From: Squalus acanthias | Lineage: Eukaryota | Direction: 5' to 3' | Assembly (NCBI GenBank): GCA_030390025.1 | Contig: CM059431.1 | Location: forward strand, 154,754,001 to 154,818,000 | DNA: 64,000 bases | In this document: one piece after another, positions 37,732-51,770 of the stretch | Position numbering within the stretch: the first letter of the stretch is position 1 | How the letters are laid out: the number at the start of each line of letters is the position of its first letter | Made by a program: the position numbers and the translations under genes | The notes under the pieces: generated by a model | Databases searched by the model: none | What the model saw: only the letters and a program-made list of their open reading frames with translations | What the model was told of the DNA's origin: nothing

Positions 37732-39513
37732 GTACAGCAAAATAGTTCACTGACATTAGATATGACTTTAAAAGCTATCCTTAGATATCATATACATAGC
37801 AGACGGTAAAAGGTAAATGCGAGGGGCAGATTTTCATAGGGGTAATCTCGTTAATTCGATATTTTATGATCACGACAGTTATTCATTTTGTTCTTGAAAT
37901 GTGCAATTACGTTTCATAATATCTTCAAAAGAAGGTTATTTCAGATGGAATGTAGGCACCAATTAGATATTTGATCTAACACTAGTTCAAGAGAAAATAT
38001 CGTTTTTTTTAATAAATGGCAGAGCTCATGCTTTTGACCCTAATCAGTGCACTAGTATCAAATTTGCACTCGGCACATATCAGATCACACTATTTGTTCA
38101 TAATATACAGAAAACATTTTATATTATGTTTTAAAGTTTCCAAATATAACAAACCTCCAGTGTAGGAGGATTGCTTTTATTCAAAAGCGTCTGTATCAAT
38201 GACGAAGATACTCAAATGACGTAAAGGCTGTGCTTAATCTACATTGCTGTAAGGTCGTTTTCAATTGCAGAGTGCAAAGCCTAGGTTAGAGTAATACATC
38301 CTGTTACCATTGCCACTCTGCTCCCTAACAGTTGATCAGTTTGAGGCATTCCTCTTTACATACAGTGCTATATTTCTTAAAGTTATTTGTTACTTTTCAA
38401 AAGAATTGACTGCATCTTCCGCAAACCAAAGCCAAAAAATTGCGAATCTCAATTTAGAAATTGACGAGATGCCACAAAACCCGTTTTCACGATGGACTGG
38501 AATTGCACATCCATTCTGTAGTCCATTGTATGCAATGCGTTCTAAATACAGATATTAGGAAATGCAGAAGAGGCTTTGGCTCTTTCCTATAGAAAAAAAG
38601 GCCCAAGGATGACATAATACAGGTTTTTATAGTCATGAGCCATTTCGGTAGGCCAGACGTAGAGAAGATGTTTCCAATTCTTGGGAGTCCAAATCCAGGG
38701 GCCACAAATTTAAGATAGTCACGAATAAATCCGGGTATTTATATTTTCTAGGTTTATAACCTCTCTAAGTGTCTCTAGTTAATCAATTATCTCCGTCCTA
38801 TCTATGTTAAATGTCCTCATTGAATTTTCAATCTCTACTTGAATCGTCATGTCCACATCGTCAGTCTCTTTGGTAAAAACTGAGGCAGAGTATTGGCTAG
38901 AATGTTCTTGTTTTAAAACGGAATATAGGTCTCTTGAACTCTTTGGAACACGTGTTTTAATATTTCACACTGAAGTTCTATCTCTGTGAAGTTTTTTTAC
39001 AGCTTGCGTTCACTAGTTTTATCCTCATCCTCTCATGATTAGCTTTCTTCCAATTAATTACTTCGGTTGTTCTCTTGCTTTTGATTCTCTCAGTCATTAT
39101 CTTAAAACGTATTACGTTGTGATCTATGTTGTTTGGATGCTCTCCTATATTTACTTCTCTTATCTTCCCATTACTAGATCCAGCAGTATTCCTCCTTTGT
39201 TGGGGTTCTTATGTAAACGATACGAAAGAAGTCCTGTACACTGTAAAATCTCTATCTCCATTTTTAATTTCACGACCTCACTTTTGCAGTTTATGGGGAG
39301 AGGGAGGCTGTTCGTTCAAATCTCCCGTGATTATTATTTTATACATATTGCTCATTTCATAGATCTGACTGAATATTTCTCCCTCCACTACCCATACACT
39401 GTTCGGTGCTCTGCAGAATATCCGGTTAGCATAATTTATCGCATATTATATGTATTATAATTATTACTACTTGCAGTAATATAAATCAATAATGCTACCT
39501 TTTCAAAAGGAAA

Positions 39514-40815
39514 GTGTCGAATTTCGCTGCAGATCCTGACCGAGATTTTGCGGGGGGTTAGCGGGCGGAATCGTGGCAAGTCGGGTAGGAAAATGTTTTT
39601 TTGAAAACGGATCGCGAATCCGCTGTCAACCTGCCACAACACGCCTTTACCACATTCGGGTCTGTCATATGAGCAGACCCGAGACTCGGGGGACCCAATT
39701 GAAATAATTAACATCTAGTTAACAGATGGTTAACAGGATTTCCTTTTACTTACTTTTTGACCTTAACTGCATGACGACGGGAAACACGCTGTTCGGGGAC
39801 CACGTCTGTCAACCTGGGCATGAGTTCAGTCGCCATTGCTCCAGCTGATTATTTGCTAGCTTCAAATGTACAGTAAAGGATCCTACCTGTCAGATCATCA
39901 CTTTCCTCAGGCAGAAGCTGTTTCTCAGTCTATTTCCAGCGCAGATTCAGCAGGTTGCAGTCTTTTCAGTCTCCATCCAATCTCATCTCATTGGCACAAC
40001 TCTGTCATCATTGACAGAATGCTTCTGTCATTTCTACTTCACCTGCCAGCTATACCTTCAACATGGTTGCCCTTTATACTGTCTCAACTTGGTCCTCAGA
40101 AACCTACGACGATCAGCCCCAACACCAGGAGCACCAGGCACACCAGCAGCACCAACTCCAACACCAACACTATCCTTTAGCACCTGATGCTGCACAGGAC
40201 CGAGTGCATCAGAACTCGAGTACAGTGCTGCCTTTGGAGGCCAGGGATGGCCTCAGCATGGCCACAATTGCTTCACTTGAGCCTGTGCACCCTCGCTGCC
40301 ACTTGATGCACTAGGTTGGCACCAACCCCACACTTACACAATAAATCATCCCTACAATGTCAAAGCCATTATTTCCACACTCACTAGCATTGCGGGGGTA
40401 CCGTAATGTCTCACCATTCACTGCAACTGAATAAGCCACTTCCAGTTTTGCACAAAGAAAGATCTCAATATTTGACTGCACATTAACAGAAACTTTACAT
40501 GATCAATGGATAAAATACCCAAGTGGCTACCCTTGTCTGCTGTTATTTGGTATGATTTCATTTGGGAGAGCATGAATGTGAGGGGTGACTAGTAAATGGG
40601 GATCTGATAACGTAAATAGAGAGAGAGAGGGTTAGGTGGATGTGCAAGTTATGTTGGTTCGAGTAACATTGTGCAGGAGTAGGGTTGGGCAGACAAAATT
40701 ATGGGAATGTGATCAGAGGTACAGCAGGGTGAAGGCGAGTGTGGCTTTGTTCTAACGTTTGTTTATCTGATGGGATCGTTGAACCGCTTTTGGCACTGCA
40801 CCCATGACCTCCTGA
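39514..40815. mobile_element. Internally deleted PIF/Harbinger element (possible transposase ends on +, Myb/SANT remnant on -)
   Basis: Minus strand 40765-40815 reads RRSWVQCQKRFND. The Q/H-rich ORF 40063-40314 resembles recalled shark Harbinger transposase termini with no catalytic core. Confidence 0.5.
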
Positions 40816-40924
40816 CGATATCTAGCCTATCCAACCCCGTCATAATCATGTACACCCCTATCAAATCACCCCTCAACCTCCTTTGCTCTCATGAAAACAA
40901 ATCCAGCTTCTCCAAAAAGTCAGT

Positions 40925-43900
40925 TACTCCCACAGTGCTGTTAGGGAGGGAGTACCCGGAATTCGATCCAACGACGATGACGGATCGTCGATATACTTCC
41001 ATGTCAGGATGGTGTATGGCTTGGAGGCGAACTTGGAGATGGTGTTGTTCACATGCGCCTGCTGCCTTGTCTTTCTAGGTGGTGGAGGTCGCGGGTTTGG
41101 AAGGTGCAGCCCAAGGAGCCTTGGCGAGTGGCTGCAGTGCATCAAGCGGGCTGCTTTGTCCAGGATGATGTCGAGTTTCATGAGTGTTGTTGATGCTGTA
41201 TCATTCAGGCAAGTGCTGAGTATTCCATCACACTCTGTACTTCTGCCTTGTAGATGGTGGAAAGGCTTTGGGGAGTCAGGAGGTGAGACACTCGCCGCAG
41301 AATACACAGCCTCTGACCTACTCATGTTGCCACAGCATTTATGTGGCTGGTCCAGTAAAATTTCTGGTCAAAGGTGACCCCCAGGATATTGATGGTGGGT
41401 CACTCGGCGATGGTAATGCCGTTGAATGTCAAGGTGCGTGGTTATACTCTCGCTTGTTGGAAATTGTTATTGCCTGGCAATTAGGTGCCGTCAACAGTAC
41501 CTGCCACTTATCAGCCCAAGCCGCAATGTCGTCCAGGTTTTGTTGCATGCTGGAATGGACTTCGTTATTATCTGAGGAATTGCGAAAGGCATGGAAAATT
41601 GTGCAATTATCAGCGAACATCTCCGTTCATTACGTTATGTTGCAGGGAAGCTCAATGATGATGCAGCTGTAGATGTCTGGGCCTACGACACTTCCCTGAG
41701 GAATTCCTGCAGCGATGTCCTGGGGCTGTGATGATTGAACACCAACCACAACAAACATTTTCCTTTGTGCGAGGTATAACTCTAGCCAGTGTACAGTTTT
41801 CCCCCGATTCCCATTGACTTCAGTTTTATCACGGTTCGTTGATGGCACACTCGGTCAAATGCTGCCTTGATGTCAAGGGCAGTCACTCTCACCTCACCTC
41901 TGGAATTCAGCTCCTTTGTCCATGTTTGGCCCAATGCTGTAATGTGATCTGTAGCCGAGTTTTCCTGGTGGAACCCAAATTGGACTTCAGTGAACTGTTT
42001 ATTAGTGAGAAAGTGCCGCTTGATAGCACTCTCGACGACAGCTTCCATCACTTTGCTGATGATTGAGGTTAGACTGATGTGGCGGTAATTAACCGGTTTG
42101 TATTTGTCCTGCTTTTTCCGGACAGGACAAACCTGGGCAGTTTTCCACATTTTGGGATAGATGCCAATTTTTTAGCTATACTGGAACAGCATGGTCAGAG
42201 GCGCCGCCAGTTTTGTAGCACAAGTCTTCGGCATGACAGGCGGGATGTTGTTGGGGCCCATAGCTGTAACCAATGCGCTCTGCCGTTTATTGATATCACG
42301 TGGAGTGAATCAAATTGGCTGAAGACTGTCTTCTGTGATGGCGGGCAACTGAGGAGTAGGCCGATCCGATATCGATCATTTACTCGACACTTCTGCCAGA
42401 AGACGGTCGTTTACGCATCAACTTTGTCTTCTGCACTCACGTCCTGGGATCCCCCATAATTTGAGGATTGCGATATGCATTGAGCCTCCTCCTCTCGTTA
42501 GTTGTTTAAGGGTTCAACTCAATTCACGGCTGGATGTGGCAGGACTGCAAATCTTTGATCGGATCTGTTGATTGTGGGATCGCTTAGTCCTGTCTATAGG
42601 ACGCTGTTTTGCAGTGAACAGCACCATCCGCTTTATATGATCTACTTTGACCTCACAAAACCGTCAACCGTGAGAGATTATGGCGTGTCCTCCTCCAATT
42701 CATCTGCCCTCAAAATGTTGTCACCATCCTCCGCTTGTTCACGACGACATGCAAGCCGTGATCTTGAACAACGTATCCACCACAGACCCAATTCAAGTAC
42801 GGGTTCAAACAAGGCTGTGTCATCGCACAAACGCTCTTCTCGATCTTCCGGCTGCAATGCTCCAACTCATCCTCAGTAAGCTCCACGCTGGAGTTGAGCT
42901 AATCTACAGAACAAATGATGAAACTGTTCAACCTCCGTCGCCTCCAGTCCAGATCCAAGGTTTACCCAACCTCTGTCATCGAATTACAGTATGCAGACGA
43001 CGCTTGCATCTGTGCACACTCTCAGGTTGAACTCTAATCCATCGTCATCACCTTCACTGTAGCGTACGAGAGCATGGGCCTTACACTAAACATCCGTCAC
43101 AAAAGGTCTTCTACCAACCTGCCCCCCACCCCCCGACACAGTACAGCTCCACGATTATCATAGTGGACCACATTCCATACCTCGGGAGCCTACTGTCAAC
43201 AAGGCCAGACGTCGATGACAAAGTCCAACACCGCCTTCAGTGTGACAGTGCAGCCATCGGTCGCCTGAGGAAGAGAGTGTTTCAAGAACAGGACCTCAAT
43301 CCCAAAACCAAGCTCATGGTCTACAGAGTAGTAGTGGTACCCGCTCTCCTGTATGCTTCAGAGACATGGTCCATCTACAGCAGGCACATCAAAGCACTGG
43401 AGAGCTACCAGCAACGCTTCCTCCGCATGATCCAGCAAATCCATTGGCAGGATAGGCGCAGAAACGTCAGTGTTCTCACTCAGGCTAACATTCCCAGCAA
43501 CGAAGCTTTGACCACACTCGAGCAGCTCCGATGAACGGGCCACATCGTCCACATGTTCGATACGAGACTTTTAAAGCAAGTGCTCTACTCGGAGCTCCGA
43601 CACGGCAAGAGAGCCCCAGGTGAGCAGTGGAAACGCTTCAAGGACACCCTCAAATCCTCCTTGAATCAGTGCAACATCCCCACCGATACCTTGGTATCCC
43701 TGGCCCAAGACCGCACAAAGTGGAGGGGAAGCATCTGGGATGAGGCCAAACACCTCGAGCTCTTCGCCAGGAGCAAGCAGAAGCCAAGCGCAAACAGCAG
43801 AAGGAGCACACGTCAACCCAAGCACCCCACCCACCCGCCCCTGCAATCACCATATACCCCTCCTGTGACAGAAACTCTAGGTCCTGCATTGGAATCATCA

Positions 43901-44720
43901 GTCACCTGAGAACACATTTTTAGTATGGAAGCAATTTTTCCTCGGTTCGCAGGGACTGCCTAAAACTTTTGTTTTTGCATACATATAGTCCTGTGCTGCA
44001 GCTTCCCCAGTTTGGCACCTCATTTTTTGGTACGCCTGGTGCGGCTCCCAGCATGCTCTTCTACACTCCTCATTGAACAGGCTTGATGGTAATTTTAGAG
44101 TGAGGGCTATGCCGGGCCATGAGGTTACAGATTGTGGTGGAATGCAATTCTGCTGCTGCTGATGGCCTCATGGTGGCCCAGTTTTGAGCTGCTCGATCTG
44201 TTCTGAATATATCCCATTTAGCACGGTGGTAGTGCTACACAACACGATAGATGGTATCCTCAGTGTGAAGGGGGACTTCTTCTCCACAATGACTCTGCTG
44301 TGGTCACTGCTACCATTAATCTCATGGAGAGATGCATCTGTGACATGCAGCTTGGTGATGACAATTTCAAGCAGATGTTTCACTCATGTTGGTTCTCTCA
44401 CCACCTGATTGGCAGTTATTTCCTTCAAGACTCGTCCAGCTCAGTCAAGTTGGTGCTTTCGAATCACTCTTGGTGATAGACATTGACGTTCCCCACCCAT
44501 AGTACATTCCGTGCCATTGTTACTCTCTTTGATGTTTAATTTGGAACAGTACTGATTCATCAGTTGAGGGAGGGCGGCAGGTGGTAATCAGCAGGACGTT
44601 TTCTTGACCTGAATACATGAGACTTGTTGTCCGGAATCAATTTTGGTGAGTCCCAGGACCAATCCTTCCCGACTGTGCTGCCTCCCCAGATGGGTCTGTC
44701 CTTCCGATGGGACAAGAAGT
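40925..44720 (-). mobile_element. L2/CR1-group LINE ORF2, degraded, split by an RTE insertion
   Basis: ORFs 41782-42150 (NYRHISL, QFGF, LDIKAAFDRV), 41429-41620 (FADN) and 44168-44383 (SDH). Confidence 0.85.
42612..43965 (+). mobile_element. RTE-clade LINE 3' fragment
   Basis: QYADDA remnant at about 42987; ORFs 43163-43534 (YLGS, LLYASETW) and 43553-43909 (KQVLYSEL, KRFKDTLK). Absent from the duplicate at about 59315. Confidence 0.9.
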
Positions 44721-44724
44721 GTAA

Positions 44725-44920
44725 GGACGGTGTTTTCATTCGCTAAAGGAAATTAGTGTACCAGATTACTTTTTACGACAATCCGATAGTTCCATGCTCA
44801 CTGATATTAGCTTTTTATTTAATGAACTGATTTTAAATTCCCCAGCTCAAACTCAAGTCTCTGCATCATCAGTCCAGGTTTCTGGTTTACCTATCCAGTA
44901 ACGTAACCACTATGCTGCTG
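44725..44920 (-). mobile_element. tRNA-derived SINE-like head (duplicate at 60071-60270)
   Basis: The minus strand of the 60270 copy begins 'gTAGCATAGTGGtta' (A-box-like), with 'gagttcgag' (B-box-like) downstream. Confidence 0.6.
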
Positions 44921-45839
44921 ATCCCGGTATTGAATTTATTGGTGACCAAATTATATTTATGATAATTGAACGCATTGTCAGCAGTAGCTTGTACCAGAGC
45001 CCACAGCACATCATTGTGGGTACAAATCAACATTTTAATTCGGTACAATTGGTTCAGCGAATACCTGAGAACCGCAGGTTCCTGCGATCTTTCCTTTGTT
45101 AGAAGGGAAAAGCTAAACTTCTCCGGAGAAACACATATCAAAATCATCTTGGTTAGACCACACTTGAAGTACGGCGCACATTTATGGTGCTCATATTATA
45201 AGAAAAGTGTACAGAGGCAACGGGGTGTTGCAAAAATGATTTAGCATGATATCAGAACTAAGAGGTTATACTGGAAACGAAAAGGCTGAGGGTTGAGCTT
45301 ATAGAAGTATTTATAATTATGAAGTGGTTTGATAGGGTAAACATAGCGAGAATGTTTCCACTTGTGGGCAAGAAGAAAATTGGAAATAATAAATATAAAA
45401 TAGTCATCAATAAATCGAGTACGCAATTCAGGAAGAATGTATTTACCCAAAGGTAGTAAGCTCGTGGAACGTGTTACCAGAATGATTATTTGAGGTGAAT
45501 GGCATAGAGGCATTTAAGGGGAAGTTAGATACGCACATCAGGGAGAAAGGAACAGGAATATATGCTGATAGATGTAGATGAAGCGTGGTAACAGGACGCT
45601 CTTGTGGAGCATTAGCACGGGCATTGAGCCATTGCACTGAATTACCTGTTTGTGTGCTGTACATTCTATGTAATTCTAAGGAATCATTGTCAGTGACAAA
45701 GGTATTTAACATAATGAAATCATGCTAAAGGACTTTAAATCAGCGGCCCAATAACTACGATTGCGAGTGAGATAAAGTGTTATTGTCTAAGTTTTTTTTC
45801 TCTTTTTGTATGCTTTTGTATATATCTGTAGCTATTTGG

Positions 45840-46135
45840 TGTTGCAGGTTGTTTGTCTGTACATTGTGCTTTTGTACATTATGCACTTGTATATTGCGTG
45901 AAATTTGTAGATTTTGCGCTTGTACATTGTGCATCTGTACATTGTATGCTAATACATTATGCATTTGTACATTTGGTGTTTGTGCATATTTGATATTAAT
46001 ATCGAATGTCTCTATATTGTCCATCTGTACATTGTGCAGTTGCATTTTGTGCACCTCTACATTGTACAACTATATATCGTGTGTCTCTAAATTCTGCATA
46101 TATATATTGTATACAGGTGCATCGTGCTCCTATAT
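45840..46135. repeat. Degenerate 15-bp minisatellite (tgtacattgtgcayy); continues at 48940-49100
   Basis: Recurrent 'tgtacatt' at a 15-nt period; gives the NVQMH and CTLC repeat ORFs. Confidence 0.9.
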
Positions 46136-46410
46136 ATTGGGCCTAAATTTGCTGTCAGAGGCTTCCCGCGGGAGGATGACTCCAACAGGCAAGAAATCTA
46201 CGAAATTACCTTTTGCCTCGGCATCCAATAATTTTCAAATTATTGAAAAACTGTATTTTTCGGTTTTTAAAAACTCTTACGTTGATAAAAGCAAATAGCG
46301 CAACTCTCTACCCGCGGAAGCCTTTTTCTCGGGGATGCGGAGGATCTGCAGAGAAAATTGTTGACAGATCGCAAGTTCCGGCTTTAGCGCATGCGCGGCG
46401 CATGTCTAAA

Positions 46411-48880
46411 CATAGAAACATAGAAACATCGAAGATAGGAGCAGGAGTAGGCCATTCGGCCCATCGAGCCTGCTTCGCCATTTGATGAGATCATGGCTGA
46501 TCATCCAAATTCAGTAACCTGTACCTGCCTTCTCCCCATATCCCTTGAAACCTTTACCTTTAAGAAATATATCTAATTCATTCTTGAATATATTTAATGA
46601 CTTGGCCTCAACTACCTTTTGTGGTAGAGAATTCCACAGGTTCACCACTCTCTGGGTGAAGACATTCTTCCTCATTTCTGTCCTAAATGGCTTACCCCTT
46701 ATCCTTAGATTATGACCCCTTGTTCTGGACTCTGCGACCATCGGGAGCATTCTTCCTGCATCGAGTTTGTCCAGACCTGTCAGAATTTTATATGTTTCGA
46801 TGAGATTACCTCTCATTCTTCTATACTCCAGCGGGTATAAGCCCAATCGACCCAATCTCTCCTCATATGTCATTCCTGCCATCCCAGGTTTCAGCCTTGG
46901 GAATCTTCGCTGAACTCCTTCCAAGGCAAGAGCATCCTTCCTCAGATAAGGCGACCAAAACTGCACGCAGTTCTCAAGGTGTGGTCTCACCAAGGCCCTG
47001 TACAACTGCAGCAGGACATCCCTGTTCCTATACTCAAACCATTTCGCTATGAATGCCAATATACCATTTGCCTTCTTCATCGCCTGCTGCACCTGCATGC
47101 TTAGCTTCAGCGACTGGTGCACAAGGACACCCAGTTCTCGTTGCACTACCCCTTCTCCCAATCTATTGCCATTCAGATAATAGTTTGCCTTTCTGTTTTT
47201 AAAATCAAAGTGTATAACCTCGCATTTATCCACGTTATATTGCATCTGCCACGCTTCTGCCCACTCACCCAACCTGTCCAAATCATCCTGGAGTTTCTCG
47301 GTGTCCTCCTCGCTGCACACACGCCCACCCAGCTTTGTGTCATCTGCAAACTTGGAGATATTACATTTAGTTCCCTTATCTAGATCCTGAATGTTTATTG
47401 TGAATAGCTCGGGTACAAGGACCGATTCCTGCAGTACCCCACTAGTGACTGCCTGCCACTCGGCAAAATACCCATTATTTCCTACTCTCTGCTTTCTGTC
47501 CGCCAACTAGTTCTCTATCCACGTCAATACCTGGCCCCCAATCCCATGTGGCTTAACTTTACACGCTAATCTCTTATGCGGGACCTTATCGAAAGCCTTT
47601 TGGAAATCCAAATACACCACATCTACTCGTTCTCTCTTATCTATTTCCCCAGTTACATCCTCAAAAAATTCCAGTAGATTAGTGAAGCACGATTTGCGTT
47701 TTGTAAATCCATGTTGACTTTGTCCGATCCTGTCAATGTTTATCAAATGCCCTGCTATTGCATCTTCAAAATGTACTCTCGCATTTTCCCAACTAAGGAT
47801 GTCAGGCTTACCGGTCTGTTATTCCCCACTTTCTCTCTACCACCCTTTTTGAATAGTGGGGTAACATTAGCTACCCTCCAATCCATGCGTACACTTCCAG
47901 ATTCCATCGAATGTTGGAAGATGATCAGCAATGCATCTACTATTTCTAGGGCCACTTCCTTAAGTACCCTAAGATGTAGATTATCAGGCCCTGGGGATTT
48001 ATCGACCTTCAATCCCGTCAATTTCCCTAACACCATTTCCCTGCAAATACTGATTTCTTTCAGTTCCTCCCTTTCATCAGACCCTATGTTATCCAACATT
48101 TCTGGGAGGTTATTTGTGTCCTCCTTTGTGAAGACAGAACCAAAATATGCATTTAATTGATCTGCCATGTATTTGTTCCTCATTATATCTTCCCCCGCTT
48201 CTGATTGCAAGGGACCTAACTTGATTTCACTAATCTTTTTCTCTTCACATATCTATAAAAGCTCTTACAGTTAGTTTTTATGTTCCCTGAAGCTTACTTT
48301 CATATTCTATTTTCCACTTCTTAATTAATCCCTTTATCCTCCTTTGTTGAATCCTAAACTGATCCCAATCCTCAGGGTAATGTCTTCTTCTGGTCAATTT
48401 ATATGCCCTCTCCTTGGATCTTATGCTATCCCTAATGTCCCTTGTTAGCCACGTTTGAGTCACCCTTTTTGTTTTATTCTTATGCCGCACTCAGATGAAT
48501 AAATTCAGTAGTTCGTCCATGCAGTCTTTGAATGTTTGCCATTGCCTATCCACCGCCAACACTTTGAGTGATATTCCCCAATCAATCCTGGCCAATTCGC
48601 GTCTCAAACCATCTTAGTTTCCTTTATTTAAATTCAGGACCCTAGTCTCTGATTCAACTACATCACTCTCACTCCTAATGAAGAATTGTATCATATTATG
48701 ATCACTCTGACCCAAGGGGCCACGTACAACATGATTGCTAATTAATCCTTTCTCGTTACATAATACCCAGTCTAAGATGTCCTGATCTCTGGTTGGTTCC
48801 TCGACATATTCTTCCAGAAAACCATCCCGTAAACATTCTACGAATTTCACCTCCACAGTATTTTTACTAATTTGGTTAGA
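46411..48880 (-). mobile_element. 5'-truncated CR1 LINE, same subfamily as 25101-29313
   Basis: ORFs 46511-47506, 47507-47746, 47755-48210 and 48278-48490; (catagaaa)n tail. Absent from copy B at about 61530. Confidence 0.96.
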
Positions 48881-49120
48881 CGATTCCCTTCCGGGCACGT
48901 ACACATCTCTTACGCACCTAGTGTTCGCAAATCCCGGCTCAATGTGTGCTTGTACATTGAGCGCACGCACTTTGCGCATCCGTCCATTGTGTACCTGTAC
49001 ATTGTGCACTTGCACACTGTATGCATGTACATTATGCATTTGTACATTTTATGCTTGCGCATTGTGCGGCTGTACATTGTGCGCCCATATATTATGCACA
49101 TGCAAAACAACAACAACTTG

Positions 49121-49906
49121 GGAGTTATTTTGGCCGCAGAGTGAATACAGGCGCTAAATGGTACTTTACTATTGAGAAAGGCCTGTTTGAAAGTCTGGAT
49201 TTAGCTCGATATTTCGGATTAATTGATGATTTTCCTTATTGGAACGTTACTGCAGGCACTAAAACCGAAATCTGCAGGTTTAGCACTCCAGTGCTCATTA
49301 GATGCAATTTTCTGTGAGCTGTGTACATAGCCTGCACTCATTCACTTCCGCTGGAATGCGATGGCTGTGATTGGAAGGCTTTGTCAATGACCAAAAGATA
49401 GAATGCCCAGCTTCTCCGATGTATCACAGGTGGTTCTGGCGGAGGAAGTAGGGAGAACAGTAGGGGTTTCCTCTATCTGCAGTGGGAAGGAGTCCAAGGA
49501 GGTAGCTGAAGTGCCGCATCTGGGAAGAGATCACACATGAGTTCAAAGCAGGACGCCTGGACACAGGACATGGCTCCAGTGCTGCAGGAAATTTAATGAC
49601 TTGACCCATGTGGTCAAAGTAAGATCCCATCTCACAAACACACTTTTCAATAACTGCACCATCACAACCTCAACGCGCTTCATCCAGCATCTATCTCAGC
49701 ACTGACATTCACACACCAAACACTGTTGCATGCTTCACTGACACTACTCACACCTCAGAAACATCTCACAGCTCTTCAGCAATATGAGGCATCACACACA
49801 CAAAATTACACCTGCCTTTCAGAATCACACTCTTTCTCTGCAAGACCCCATATTGACCATCTCTTTACCTCTTTTAGCGCCTAAAGTATGTGGCCAAAAT
49901 AGCCCC
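49121..49906 (+). mobile_element. Harbinger derivative with TIRs carrying a Myb/SANT-like pseudo-exon (49361-49618)
   Basis: TIRs 'ggagttattttgg' / 'ccaaaatagcccc'. Reads RMPSFSDVSQVVLAEEV...WEEI...RTWLQCCRKFNDLTHVVK|gtaaga with frameshifts. Confidence 0.75.
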
Positions 49907-50919
49907 CAGTTCTTTAGCCGCAACGCCGGTTTAGCCCTTGTTCAAGCGCAAGACGCCATCAGCGGAAATGGGTTAGGGCAGGCTACATATACAACTCCAC
50001 GAAAATTGCGTCTATGCAGCACTTGCCAAACCTGTAGGTTTCTGGTTAGCGCCTGCAGGCACGTTCAAATCATGGCAACCATCAATTAGACTGAAAATTG
50101 CGTGCTGAGTTAGAACTTTCAAATAGGCATTTCGTATTAGTACAGCCCCCACTTAGCACCTGTTTTTATCCAATGGTTAAAATTACCCTCATTATGTATT
50201 AGCTATTCATGCAAACATGCGATAGTCACGAACATGTCTGATTACTCAGCAACATCTTGTATTTCCAAGCCATTAAATCCAACCTTATATCACCGTCCGG
50301 ATCATTTATAATTTAATTAACTGGACAAATGCTGCTGTTTTCAGGCGTACTCGATACCTCAAACAATCTTTGGGCACTGCCCGTTATACACTCGGGTTTG
50401 TCTGGAGCTGTACTGTTTAAATTCAAATTGATCCTCAGTTCCACTTTTCCGTTATCCACTTGCTCATGGACCCATTATGACAGATTGATCATATGTTAAA
50501 TTCTCCTACTCATCTACAAATTCCTCCACGATCTCGTCCACCTTATCGATGCAGCCTTCTTCACATCTCCTCTGTTACCCAACACTCCCCTTGATGTGTT
50601 CCCCAGTGTATCTCTTCTTCTGCTCCGAAACTCCAGGCAAAGACTCCCATCACATTGGCTGAAACTCCTTTCCTATGGGCCTCCGTCTCTCTACTTCTTA
50701 CTTACTTTAAACATTCTCCTAATGTTGTAAGGCCTGGGTCCTTCCTTAATATACCAAAAAGTGACAGTGTTAATTGTTAATTCATCATCTGTAAGGCACT
50801 GTCCGTTTCACTGCTTGGATGGCTTTAAAGAATCTTCGTTCTTAAAGTAATTGCTTCAGAGTATTCTCTGTTTCATAGCGGGCATTGTATTTAATCTGTT
50901 CTCTTTTACACCTTGACAG

Positions 50920-51089
50920 AAGATGCAGATACTAAAACCTGAGTAATGTTGGCGAGCTGCACGGATATCCAGCTGCACAGAGTTATCGTTTTCCACCGTC
51001 AGAGACTAGAACAGTCGATTGAAAAATTCGTGGAGGCTGTTAGTCAGTCGCTTTTAGATGCAGAAGTGTTTACTGAAACAGATCATAAG
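50920..51089 (+). pseudogene. Exon A1: N-terminal half of the CARD-like module with an in-frame stop
   Basis: 'ttctcttttacaccttgacag|' to '|gtatac', 170 nt, phase 1->0: DADTKT*VMLASCTDIQLHRVIVFHRQRLEQSIEKFVEAVSQSLLDAEVFTETDHK. TGA at 50940-50942. Confidence 0.8.
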
Positions 51090-51364
51090 GTATACTACAT
51101 ATATGGTGGAATTGCATAATATTAAATGATTTATACAGTTGACTGTTTAGATTGACTGTATTCGGTGCAACCCAACCATAAAAACAGTAATCTAAGATGT
51201 ACTGGCTTAACTTCAATAGGGACGTGAAATTGCATCCGGTGCAAATGTAAACAACATTTGAAGTGCTCTTCTGAGATACTTCTCTGGTAACTTAACTGTT
51301 CTGTAATTTTGAACGAATGCGTAAAATAATAATGGAACAGCATCTCATGCTACATTCATTAGTT

Positions 51365-51770
51365 CCTTATGGCAACGTCATTGGCCCAACTCCAGTTAGC
51401 TTTTTATCCCAAATTGACAATCAATGACCATCCCTCACAAGGTCAGAAATGGGACTGTTTCCTGATGATTACACAATGTTGAGCACTATTCGCAAATCTC
51501 ACATACTGAAGCAATCCATGACCACATGAAGCAAGACCTGATCAACATGCAGATTTAAACGGATAAGTGGCAAGTAAAATTCGCGTTGCACACGTGCCAG
51601 GCAATGACCATCTCAAATATAAATGTCTAGTCGCCTCCGCTTTGCATTTAATGACATTACCATGTGCGAACCTGCCACCATACAAATCCTTGGGTTCACT
51701 GTAAAACCGGCACTGACAATTCACTGCCAAACGTCTTGCAGTTACTTTAGTACAAATGGCCCCATTTCTA
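51365..51770 (+). mobile_element. Degraded L2/CR1-group RT C-terminal fragment
   Basis: Remnants 'ctgtttcctgatgattacaca' (FADD region), DKWQV, CQAMTISN and FNDIT...ILGFT. Confidence 0.75.

Larger units (their letters stand above)
42500..51346. repeat. Segmental duplication copy A
   Basis: Collinear with 59208-64000 once the inserts at 42612-43965 and 46411-48880 are removed. Confidence 0.95.

Noticed and set aside
45755..46298. Long NVQMH and CTLC repeat ORFs (also 48872-49157, 60905-61364, 61426-61734)
   Set aside because: Products of a 15-bp minisatellite that is open on both strands.
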